Under the pieces are notes generated by a model that was not told where the DNA came from, ran no database searches, and saw nothing but the letters and a program-made list of their open reading frames with translations. A stretch of 63,155 nt of DNA, filler included, from Octopus bimaculoides (Eukaryota): NCBI RefSeq assembly GCF_001194135.2. It is 6 parts of 5 records of this genome, joined end to end, with 100 filler letters (N's around TTAATTAATTAA, not from the genome) between each part and the next. Parts side by side here need not be neighbours in the genome. Positions count along the whole stretch, not along the records: positions 1 to 15,126 come from NC_068985.1; positions 15,227 to 40,761 come from NC_069005.1; 4 more parts are not named here. One strand, written 5' to 3'. Below, in pieces: positions 9,159-20,545 of the stretch (position 1 is its first letter; every line of letters begins with the position of its first letter). The position numbers were made by a program, and so were the translations under genes.

Positions 9159-12039
9159 ATAATGATAATAATCTTTTCTTCATCAACCACTGAGATGTAG
9201 ATCATGTGACCAGATAAGTTCGGAGGCGTGGAGGTTCTCTTCAAGGATGAAGCCCTTGCGTTGAAGCTCTCCATAGCTGCATATGCAACAGGGAGCTCAC
9301 CCTCTACACAACGTATCTAGAGAAAGAGTGTTGCGTTAAGATAGAGTTCTGCCTGGGCTGTACGTCTGGTGGTTGTTGGCTTGTATCACTTTCAAAGTAA
9401 GTAACAGAATGGGTACAGAAACCATGAAAAAAAAAAACAGATATACAATAACTCAAGTAACCCAGTCCGGTACTACTATTTCTGGCACTCCACTACTTTA
9501 GACTAACCGGAATATTGAAAGAAAGATTTTTACCGTTTAACTTTCGTACATCGGATAAAACAACGTAAAGCTGTGGAAACATGAAAGATCTACCTCGAAT
9601 GCCATTACAAAAAACAACCGCCATTTCACAGACAGGAAGAAGCATCTCTGCTGAATAGACACTATATACATAATGTAAAACGAATGGAAATGTCATCTAT
9701 GGATGCAGTTTCCTGAAATAATGTTATATTCTATCCAGATGTCCTAGATTAGCTGTGATGTTGTTAGATTAACCGATTTAAACTAGATAAATCAGTAATT
9801 CATACATAAGTGATCCGATCTAACACTGTGTGGTAGAAGTAACAATGACGTCTTAATAAATAGAATAAAACATGAAAATATCAGACAAACAAGAGCCCGG
9901 AAGCTAAGGTATTATTAATCAGTGACTCTGCTACTAAAACAATAAGTAAATTTATGGTATGTAAGAATGTAATCATCATCCTGTAATTAATTGAAACGTC
10001 GCACCAAACTCGGATCTGTGTAGACACGTTGGAGTTGCATTAAGTGCGAGCAAGTACTTAAAGTTTAGCTAGCCATATTCAAGTGCCATTGATAGAAAAT
10101 ATTATACACTATAAATCACGAAAGATATTGTTTGGCTTTTATTAGCTTTTTTACAGTTTTTTTTTCTGAATATTCATTAAATATGGGTTGTTGTAAGTGG
10201 GTAACTCATAAATTTTATGGATAATATTTGAGTAAATAATAAATACGAAAGTGGTTTTTATCAGGAAATCGCAAGAAATAAGCACATTTCACAACGCTTA
10301 CTCTATAAACGATATATATTTTAAGTTACAAGTTACAAGTACGTTACACGTAACTTTCTAAGAATAATGAAAGAAGTATATGTATATATATATTTAAGGT
10401 AATAAACCAAGTTAAAAAATTCCTTCAAAGGGGTGTGTAAAGCACCCAATTCACTTATACGTCGGTTTAACATAAATTACAAACAATAAATTTGCACACT
10501 GCCCGGTAGCTGTTTAGTCAGTATTAACTATGAGATTGACGGATTTTCGATCAGACATTCGGTACTTGAGTGCCTGTTGCTGATGCACAATTTATACTGA
10601 GATTACATGGTACACCAGTTGTGTCACCGGGTGCTGATGAAATCTTCGTCTGATGATATATGTGCTTTTTCTAGTACCTTACGTCTATGCGAGTTGATTT
10701 CTGAAGGCGTTTACCGCAGTCTATGACGTTCTAAACAACACATCCAGGTTTAGATGTGCAATATATATATATATATATATATANNNNNNNNNNNNNNNNN
10801 NNNNNNNNNNNNNNNNNNNNNNNNNNNNNNNNNNNNNNNNNNNNNNNNNNNNNNNNNNNNNNNNNNNNNNNNNNNNNNNNNNNNNNNNNNNNNNNNNNNN
10901 NNNNNNNNNNNNNNNNNNNNNNNNNNNNNNNNNNNNNNNNNNNNNNNNNNNNNNNNNNNNNNNNNNNNNNNNNNNNNNNNNNNNNNNNNNNNNNNNNNNN
11001 NNNNNNNNNNNNNNNNNNNNNNNNNNNNNNNNNNNNNNNNNNNNNNNNNNNNNNNNNNNNNNNNNNNNNNNNNNNNNNNNNNNNAAATACCAATCTTGAG
11101 AAATTAGGCTTCTCAAAACTAGAAATAAAAATCTGTAAAACTTTCCAAAAGTTTGCCATTCAAATATATATGACCATGTCTACATATGCAAGTATATGTA
11201 TGAGAATACATGCATAAAACAAAACATGCAAATCTACACATGCACATACATACATACGTACATATGTACATACTACATACATACATACGTACGTACATAC
11301 ATGTATGAATGCATGCATGCATACATACATACATACATACATACATACATACATACATACATACATACATGCATACTTATATACATACATAATTTGTTGA
11401 TGTTTTTGAAATTCCAATGAATGAGACTTGAATCTATTTTAAAAACCGGCTCTTTCTCTATTGGTAAGAAGCCTTGAAATAAAACTGAGTACTAACTTAC
11501 ATAAAATGTATGGGACTACAAAAATCTGAAAGACCTTCTTAAGATTTAAAGGATATTGGTTGAAGAAGTTACTTTTCTTCAGAACTTTGCTGCCGGTCAA
11601 AATTTACTCCAAAATTTAAAAAAGAGAACATACATACATACATACATCCGTACTTACGTACAAATTGTTTCGATGAAATACCACAAGTAAAAAGATTCAA
11701 TTCATTCTAAGAGCTTTTAGCAGTCTTTCCAGAATAAATTGAATCTTTGCAACAACGTAAGTTTAATGGCTGAGGTTAAACTTAACTATGTTTGGACAAA
11801 CAGTTTATCACGTCCTCATTTATAAGGTTGCGACAAAACAGTGGCTGCTGCAGTAAAACCGGTAATCAGGAGTATAAGTAAATATACGAGAAAATAATCG
11901 CTCGGGCTTTCAGAAAGCTAGGTTAAGTCTCTTGGACAAACAATATTTGTCCTTGGCAGGTAGAGAGTCATTATAAATTGATATGGGTAAATAGATTGGA
12001 TGAAGCAGATACGATACACTCACGCATACATATATATAC

Positions 12040-12415
12040 AGGGGCAGGCATGCTTGTGTGGTAAGAAGCTTGCTTTCCAACTACATGGTTCCGGGTTCAG
12101 TCCCTCTGCATGGTACCTTAGGCAAGTGTCTTCTACTATAACCTCAGGCCGACCAAAGTGGATTTAATAGACGGAAGCTGAAAGAAGCCTGTCGTATATA
12201 TGTCTATATATCTTTGTGCCTGTATTTGTCTCCCCACCATCGCTTGAGAACCGAACCGATGTTGGTGTGTTTACGTCCCCATAACTTAGCGGTGCAGCAC
12301 AAGGAACTGATAGAATAAGTACTAGACTTAGAAAGAATAAGTCTTGGGGTTGGTTTCTTTAAGGTTGGTGCTCCAGCATGGCCGTAGTTAAATGACTGAA
12401 ACATGTAAAAGAATA
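12040..12415 (+). mobile_element. tRNA-derived SINE family B (CORE-like CCTTRGGCAAGTGTCTTCT, internal microsatellite, distinct 3' tail)
   Basis: Head TGTGTGGTAAGAAGCTTGCTT..GGTTCAGTCCC; tail GCTCCAGCATGGCC..TGACTGAAACA..TAAAAGAAT; many copies in the window. Confidence 0.85.
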
Positions 12416-12417
12416 GA

Positions 12418-12450
<33 letters not shown>

Positions 12451-12469
12451 TGTATGTATGTATGTATGC

Positions 12470-12510
<41 letters not shown>

Positions 12511-12539
12511 GATTGCTTCATCTTGACAGATGATAGCCA

Positions 12540-15050
12540 TCCCATCAGCCCACACACCACACCCCGTCACACAGCATAATCCCTCCGTTGATGAGCCCTT
12601 AGATGACTTTTAAGACCAGCTGCTGACTTACAGGGTTTAAAACGCAAGTCACAGATAAGTTTCTTCTATATTTTTGTCCTTTGGAATCTGATTCTGAAAG
12701 AAAGTTTTTGTGAACTCGATATTGTCTTATAAGTTTTTTGACATATGATACAAGTCGTAAGAGGCGGTTGGTGTCCAAGATCATTACCTATCTGGGCATT
12801 ACGATTTTCATGTGACTTCATATGACTCACGTATCCTGCTTTTGACAACAGAACACGGTTACATATAATACATATCCAATGTTCACTGTTGATTACAGTT
12901 CCAATTATTCCTTTGCGACAGGTCCTTTTAAGTTCAGAGTGCTGAATCATTTTTTTCCTCCCAGGCATTACAACCAGTCTTAATAGTACCTCTCCACTTG
13001 TTGTTCCGATCTAGAACATCATTTTCCCAATCACTTTTATTCATATCTAGTTTCTTCAGGTTTTCCTTCACACATTATATATTTTCCTCGGCTTATGTTA
13101 TGGTCGCTTACCAGAGTTGAGCTCACCATACAAAAGACGCTTTGGCAAACGCTTGTCTTTCATTCTAATAACATGTCCAGTCCATCTCATTTGAGCCAAG
13201 ATAACATGTTGTTCAACTGAGCTGCAACGTGCCATGCGCATAACCTCTGTATCTGGTATGAAACATTCGCACTTGACTCCTAAGATACGTCTGAGGCACT
13301 TTTGATGAAATCTCTCCATCATTTTTATATGACGCTTGTAAGCGGTCCATGTCTCACTTGAATAAAGAAATGCAGACAATACTTACGCTTTATAGACACT
13401 GATTTTTATCTGCAGGGAAATACCTCTATCCGCCCATACTCGCTTTTCGAGCTTTCCAAATGCAACACTCCCCTTCTTTATTCGATAGTATATCTCTGCA
13501 TCAAGACTACCATCTCTTGTCAGTGTGCTTCCTGGGTAAACAAAGGTGTCAACGACTTCTAACTTTGTTCCATTCACAAAAATGTTTGGTTCAGAATATG
13601 TTTGTCCTGACACGGGAGTAAACATTACTTTGGTTTTCCCCAGACTAATCGTGAGTCCGAAATGTACACATGAAGTGGAAAATCTGTCCATTAAATCTTA
13701 CACATCCCTATCTGAGTGTGCCAACAAATCAGCATCACCAGCATAAAGTAATTCTCTAACAAGTATTTTGAAAGTCTTTGCTTTGCAGTTAAACCGGGTC
13801 AAATTAAAAATACGACCAGATGTCCGAAATCTGATACCGATTCCTATGTTGCAATTCTTGAAAGCATACCAAAGCAATGCAGTAAAATAAATAGAAAAAT
13901 TGTAGGGGTAGGAATATCTCCCTGTTTGACATCGTTGCCCACCGAAAATTCATGAGATAGTTCACCATTAAAGACCACTTGAGCTTTCATGTTTCTGTGT
14001 AGTTCCTTAAAGATGCTCACAAAATGTGTTGAGAAACCAAATTTACACAAAACAATCCATAGTGCCTCCCTATATACCGTGTCAAATGCCTTAGTTAAAT
14101 CTATGAAGACCTGGTATAGTGGCATTTGTTCCTGTAAACATTTCTCTTGAACCTGCCTCACAGAAAATATGTCCATTGTTCTTCGCTCTGGTCTGAAACC
14201 ATACTGTTCTTCAGGAATCACATGTGGAGACACATTCTCAACAAGACGATATAACATGATCCTTGAAAGTATTTCCATCTTTCGACTTCAAGGGAACATA
14301 TGATGATGAATATTGTGGTCCAAGGGCTTGCCGCAATAAACTATAGAAACTCTTAATGACTTTCCTCTCATAGGCTGCCTGTACTTCCTCAGACAAATTT
14401 CTCCACCGAGTGTCTTTAAGCCTCCCGAGTTCTTTTTGCAAGTCTGCTTTTTGCGACTTGCACAACTTTTCTAGTTGCACTTTGTTCTTAACGTTTGGGT
14501 CAAGAAGCTTTTCATGAGTGGACCTCTTTGTTGCTAAATGCTCATTTGTCACTGTATCGTTGGAATCAAACTAGTCTCGGTGCTGTCTCCTCTTAAAACC
14601 TAACACCTCTCATCCCATTTTATGTATTCCATCCAGGAAAGATTGCTATGAACCTTCAAAATGGATATTGCTGCATCTCTTCTGAAACAACTGCAAAACT
14701 TATGGTTGTTTTAGCTGCTCTACATCAATTTTCTTTGGTACTCATACACCAGCACTATGAATCTTCTTACAGACCCTGAACTTGAACTTGGCCCCAACCA
14801 TTTTGTGATCAGTATCACAATCAGCACCGTGCAATACTCTGAGACTGCACAAATCTTGTAAGTCAGCTTTCCGAGTTAATACAAAGTCAATCATGTGACC
14901 TCGCTTTGATCTTGGGTGAATCCAGGTAACTTTAGGCTTTAACTTATGATGAAAGAAAGTATTCCCAAAAACCAACCCTAGCTCAGAGCACATTTGTAAC
15001 AGAGGCAACCCATTGTATATACGGATATTTTATCCCTTAGTCGGTTAATA
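12540..15050 (-). mobile_element. RTE-clade LINE, decayed (APE endonuclease C-term, RT, C-terminal zinc fingers)
   Basis: EN: NTFF..K..TWIHPRSKRGHMIDFV...DHK; RT: FIDLTKAFDTV, VKQG, YAGDADL; RTE-type LRWTGHVIRM..RLPKRLLYGEL..GKR; many stops and frameshifts. Confidence 0.92.
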
Positions 15051-15072
15051 TAGCCGCTAACTCTCTCTCTCA

Positions 15073-15126
<54 letters not shown>

Positions 15127-15226
15127 NNNNNNNNNNNNNNNNNNNNNNNNNNNNNNNNNNNNNNNNNNNNTTAATTAATTAANNNNNNNNNNNNNNNNNN
15201 NNNNNNNNNNNNNNNNNNNNNNNNNN
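15127..15226. other. Assembly pad: 44 N + TTAATTAATTAA + 44 N (also 40762-40861, 48321-48420, 50913-51012, 62019-62118)
   Basis: Five identical 100-bp blocks; the palindrome has stop codons in all six frames. Confidence 0.95.
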
Positions 15227-15300
<74 letters not shown>

Positions 15301-15739
15301 TGACGTTATGTTTGTATATGTATACGGTGGACGGACCCATATATCAATATACACGCATATATTTACTTTCTTCTTCGTCTTCTTATTATTACTCGGCATT
15401 TTCCTCTTCCTCCTCCTCTTCACCCTCCTGTCTTCTTCATCCAGACCTGAAGCACAAAAATAAGAAATGTTTCCACGGAAGAAGCTCAAATGTTATTCTT
15501 GGCCCCCATCCAGACTTCTTGGACTATTTTACCAACTTTAGTTCGACGCAAACTTTTCCGACTTAGATTTTCGTACCTGTGTTTCTTTTTTGTTCTTTTA
15601 GTTTGTTTGTTTGTTTTTTGTTTTTTGTTTTGTTTTTTCAGGTATATTTTTTTGTTTCTCACTTTGATTTCTATCTTTGTTTTATGGTTTTAACCTTTTT
15701 TGTTGTTTTGTTTGACTTTATTGGCATCGGCCACATTAC

Positions 15740-16161
15740 TGAATTTTCATGAATCACGTGACCGTACTTCTTTGTTCTGATTATTATTTTGCTTGTTGCC
15801 GTCGTCATCGTCATCACCACCACTATCACTACTATCAGCATCATCATCATCACCGTCCTTGTTATCGTTGTTCTTGCTATAGCTACTTTTATTTGCCATT
15901 TGTTGTAGCAATAATGACGATGACCATGATGATGATGATAATGATGACGGTGGTGATGATGATGATGATGACGACGACGACGACGACGAAAATAATGATG
16001 ATGATGATGAGGATGATGATGATGGTGATGTTTTGTTGGTTTGTTCGTGATGGTGGTGGGGTACCGGGAGGGGCAGGGCGGCGGCAGCATTGGTGGTGGT
16101 GGTGCTGGTGGTGGTGGTGGTGGTAGTGACGACGACGACACCAAAGTCGATGGTTAACATC

Positions 16162-16221
<60 letters not shown>

Positions 16222-16470
16222 CATTTGTTTATATTATTTCTGATTTCTTTTCCTTTGTATGTGATGGATGCGAAAATGTTATCCGTAAGGTATACGCCCA
16301 AGTGTATATTGTATACATTTATGATTTTATGTATGTCTATCAATATAAATATACATTTGCACGCCCCCTCCCCCATATTTATATATAATACAAATAATAT
16401 ATATATGTATGTATGTGTGTGCATGTATGTATGTATGTATATATGTATGTATGTATGTATATACAAGTAT
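15740..16470. repeat. Compound trinucleotide (CAT/GAT/GAC/GGT) and (TATG)n low-complexity block
   Basis: Direct; explains the poly-H/M/V ORFs. Confidence 0.95.
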
Positions 16471-16519
16471 ATATGTAGTTTTTATTATTAATTAGCAGCA
16501 GTTACGATATGAATCAAGA

Positions 16520-16582
16520 GCCGAGAACATCGCCGAGAATTTTAACGAGAATTTCGACGAGAATTTCGACGAGAATTTCGAT
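16520..16582 (+). repeat. 12-bp minisatellite (CGACGAGAATTT), ~5 units
   Basis: Units at 16531, 16543, 16555, 16567 plus degenerate flanks. Confidence 0.9.
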
Positions 16583-17215
16583 GAGGTCTGATCAATAGGT
16601 ATCCGGAATGTTGTCATAGTGATGAAGTTAATGCACGCAGAGTGAAGCCGCTTGGCATGGACTGAGCTTAAATTCTGCTGTGCATGCACTCTAAGTTTTA
16701 ACGTTCTAGCTCCGTTCCGCTCTTTACAGCAGTGCTTGGAAGGGAGGTGTGTAGCGTGTGTTCGTCGCATTGACTATGACAGAGAAAGTTGTCATGGCGA
16801 TGCCTACCCAGAGGCCTACGCAAAGTTGCAGAAAGTGTATGGAGAGGCGTGTATGAGCTGCACCCAATTGTACGAGTGGTTTAGACGTTTCCAAGATGGT
16901 CGACACAACGTCGATATTGACGAACATTTTGGGAGAACCGCAACCAGCAGAAATGAGAAGCACATCGCAGGTGTACGTGCAGCTGTGAGGGGAAATCGTC
17001 GAATCATCATCCGTGAATTATCAGAGGATGTGCAGATTAGTTACGGTTCAGTTCAGTCCATTATCACTGAAGATTTGGGTATGAGACATACGTCTGCCAA
17101 GTTTGTGCCAAAACTGCTTTCAGCTGACCAAAAAGATACTCGGGTTTCAGTTGTACAAGATCTCTTTGATTATGTTGAGAACGATGAAAGCTTATTGAAA
17201 ACTTTTGTAGGCCTC
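16583..17215 (+). mobile_element. Mariner 5' half (TIR and N-terminal HTH region)
   Basis: TIR-like GAGGTCTGATCAATAGGTATCCGGA; ORF with LYEWFRRFQDGR, IRELSEDVQISYGSVQSIITEDLGM, FVPKLLS. Confidence 0.88.
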
Positions 17216-17805
17216 TGAGTAGGTATCACCAAGCTTTTGGCAAAATTTGTTGCAGATTCTCTGCTCAAGTTTTTCTGTNNNNNNNNNNNNNNNNNNNNNN
17301 NNNNNNNNNNNNNNNNNNNNNNNNNNNNNNNNNNNNNNNNNNNNNNNNNNNNNNNNNNNNNNNNNNNNNNNNNNNNNNNNNNNNNNNNNNNNNNNNNNNN
17401 NNNNNNNNNNNNNNNNNNNNNNNNNNNNNNNNNNNNNNNNNNNNNNNNNNNNNNNNNNNNNNNNNNNNNNNNNNNNNNNNNNNNNNNNNNNNNNNNNNNN
17501 NNNNNNNNNNNNNNNNNNNNNNNNNNNNNNNNNNNNNNNNNNNNNNNNNNNNNNNNNNNCACGAACAACAGAGACATGGTACCTTATTATCCTGTACGTA
17601 GAAATAACACTGTTACAAAACTGCGTGGCTACCTTACTCTAGCCTGCTCTAGAAGGAGAATGCTTGATGCTGATAATGGAATGCTCGGTGCTTATAGTAA
17701 AACACCATTTAATAGAGAGCACTACACAGCTGTTGATGGGTGCTGCATCACCATTGCTAAAATGTATGCACAGGATATGCTGCAATCCTACTTACATCTT
17801 CAAGC

Positions 17806-18360
17806 ACAATAAACACATGCGTCACACACTCGTTGTTTACACTGTGAGAAACGTGTTTCACAGACAGCACGATTGGTGAACAACAGGCAAACGCCACTGT
17901 CTGAATTCGTAAGCCTAAAAACATTCAATTAATTGATACAGAAATAAATTCATTTCCCAAACGCGTGATAATGCTATAAATAGCGTGATCAGGATAAATT
18001 ATACATACATTGCAGACAAATACGTTACTGGTCAGCCATGAGACACGAACTTACATCTCTGTGAGTACGCGTCAATTGTTTTACCATTAAACTAAACTGC
18101 CCAGCAACGAATTCCGCTGCAATTTTAGAAATTATATATTTAGTTTCATAAGACGCTAACGTTAAATTCAACTTTATGATGAAAGTAAACAAACAAAGTT
18201 TGTTTTTAATCAGTGGTTCCCATGTGACCTTTATATTTTCCTCATCTCCAAATACAATAAACACATACGTCATACGCTCGTCTTTTTATTGGGTGAGAAA
18301 CGTGTTTCACTGACAGCACTATCAGTGAACAACAGCAAACACGACTGTGTGAATTCATAC
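17806..18360 (+). repeat. Two imperfect ~105-bp direct repeats, 448-bp period
   Basis: ACAATAAACACAT...GTGAGAAACGTGTTTCAC.GACAGCAC...GTGAACAACAG at 17806-17912 and 18254-18360. Confidence 0.8.
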
Positions 18361-18408
18361 AGAGGCATGTCTTCGGTAAACCTAAATAGATTTAGTTAAT
18401 CGCTAGAT

Positions 18409-18500
18409 CAGTGGTTTCCCAAACATTTTTTTGCCACGGAATCCTTCGATATTATTTTTAAAACGTGGAACCCCCGATAACATTCAGTGAACTCTGGGGT
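18409..18500 (+). mobile_element. Possible hAT (Charlie-like) terminus
   Basis: CAGTGGTTTCCCAAAC..TTTTGCCACGGAA.CC resembles hAT/Charlie ends; similar CAGTGGTTCCC at ~18211. Confidence 0.35.
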
Positions 18501-18809
18501 TTTGTATAACATGAAAATAGTGTAATGTTATTGAAGAGTTACGATGTGAAACACGCTGAGTATATATCAGCTTTATGCACGATGTAGGTAGTAGCATGCC
18601 GGTACTGGGCAGATATGTTACCGATGGTAATATAACATAATTATGAGATAAAGATTGATTTCACTCTGCTAATCTGTTAAGTTTGATGGATAGGAATAAA
18701 AGAGAAAGTGTAAATAATTTAGAAGAGCTTTGCAGTCTTGTTTATGGGTTTCGTTATTTACTTGGGCGAGTGTTTTGATGCATAGAATTGGTAATATTAC
18801 TGTAATTCA

Positions 18810-19117
18810 GGTGGCGAGCTGGCAGAAACGTTAGCACGCCGGGCGAAATGCTTAGCGGTATTTCGTCTGCCGCTATGTTCTGAGTTCAAATTCCGCCGAG
18901 GTCGACTTTGCCTTTCATCCTTTCGGAGTCGATAAATTAAGTACCAGTTACGCACTGTGGTCGATGTAATCGACTTAATCCGTTCGTCTGTTCTTGTTTG
19001 TTCCCTCTATGTTTAGCCCCTTGTGGGCAATAACGAAATAGGTATTTCGTCTACCGTTACGTTCTGAGTTCAAATTCCGCCGAGGTCGACTTTGCCTTTC
19101 ATCCTTTCGGAGTCGAT
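18810..19117 (+). mobile_element. SINE family A, one full copy plus a tandem partial copy
   Basis: Close match to the family A consensus; second core at 19040-19117 runs into a gap. Confidence 0.9.
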
Positions 19118-19250
19118 NNNNNNNNNNNNNNNNNNNNNNNNNNNNNNNNNNNNNNNNNNNNNNNNNNNNNNNNNNNNNNNNNNNNNNNNNNNNNNNNNNN
19201 NNNNNNNNNNNNNNNNNNNNNNNNNNNNNNNNNNNNNNNNNNNNNNNNNN

Positions 19251-19553
19251 CCTAGTACTTATTCTATCGGTCTCTTTTTGCCGAACCGCTAAGTTACGGG
19301 GACGTAAACACACCAGCATCGGTTATCAAGCGATGGTGGGGGGACAAACACAAACACACACACATATATATATACATATACATATATACGACGGGCTTCT
19401 TTCAGTTTCCGTCTACCAGATCCACTCACAAGGCTTTGGTCGGCCCGAGGCTATAGTAGAAGACACTTGCCCAAGGTGCCACGCAGTGGGACTGAACCCA
19501 GAACCATGTGGTTGGTAAGCAAGCTACTTACCACACAGCCACTCCTGCGCCTA
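19251..19553 (-). mobile_element. SINE family B
   Basis: ACGACGGGCTTCTTTCAGTTTCCGTCTACC...CCACACAGCCACTCCTGCGCCT; tail part at 19251-19350. Confidence 0.9.
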
Positions 19554-19959
19554 TATATATTCAATTTAAAAAAAAAAAACGTGTAGTATATAAACACGAA
19601 CATATACTAAATACACAGACGAACGGATAACACAGTAGGTCACAAACTCCTCTTCAGTTATCGGCCAGAGAGTCAAAGTGCAATTTCAGCCATTATCGAT
19701 AATATTGCTTCCACTCTGGAATGATTGGTAAGAAACTTGCCCGGAATGGGACCTAAAAATAAGAAGACGAAACCGTTAGTAAACGGGCGAGGAACAAAAC
19801 AACAAACAGAATAAAGGCTTAGGGCCACACGAAAACAACAATCAATATTATAATACATATACAGCAAAAAAGCGTAAGGGCTGCAAGACAAGACAAAAAT
19901 GGGTAACGCGAAGAAGAAATGAAAACTGTCCTTAAAGGACTATAAACACGGGAGGGGTA

Positions 19960-20066
19960 GAGCGAGGAGCTCAGAAAATCATGAAGGCAACGCGAAAAAC
20001 AATGACACCGCCTTAGGTCATCACCGATCACGTGATAGTGGGAGCAGGGTAACAAAGACAGACAGC

Positions 20067-20110
<44 letters not shown>

Positions 20111-20237
20111 AAAGAAAGGCGAGGAGCTTAGAAAATCTTGACCATTCCGGTCGAAGGCAACGTGAAAAAGAATGACAACGCCTTAGGCTGTCACGGACCA
20201 CGTGATAGTGAGAGAAGGGTAACAGAGAAAGACAGAG

Positions 20238-20274
<37 letters not shown>

Positions 20275-20286
20275 AAGAAAGAAACA

Positions 20287-20330
<44 letters not shown>

Positions 20331-20350
20331 GAGAAAGAAAGAGAGTAAGA
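19960..20350 (+). repeat. Local tandem duplication (~155-bp period), each unit ending in a purine microsatellite
   Basis: GCGAGGAGCT.AGAAAATC...GAAGGCAACG.GAAAAA.AATGACA.CGCCTTAGG...CACGTGATAGTG..AG.AGGGTAACA at ~19962 and ~20118, followed by (AG)n and (AAAG)n. Confidence 0.8.
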
Positions 20351-20397
20351 AAGAAAGGAAGGAATAGAGAGAGGCAAAGTAAAGGAAAGAGACAGAG

Positions 20398-20545
20398 CTT
20401 ATTTCAGTTTCCGACTTCCAAATCCACTCACAAGGTTTTGGTTGGCCCGAGGCTATAGTAGAAGGCACTTAGCCAAGGTGCCACGCTGTAGGACTGAACC
20501 CGGAACTATGTGGCTGGGAAGCAAGCTTCATAACACACAGCTATG
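20398..20545 (-). mobile_element. SINE family B head
   Basis: Same family B motifs. Confidence 0.85.

Noticed and set aside
15171-15182. Recurrent TTAATTAATTAA palindrome (also 40806, 48365, 50957, 62063)
   Set aside because: Always centred in exactly 44 N + 12 + 44 N; an assembly pad with six-frame stops, not biology.
15671-16491. Poly-His/Met/Val/Ile/Tyr/Asn ORFs here and elsewhere
   Set aside because: Translations of di-, tri- and tetranucleotide microsatellites with no domain content.
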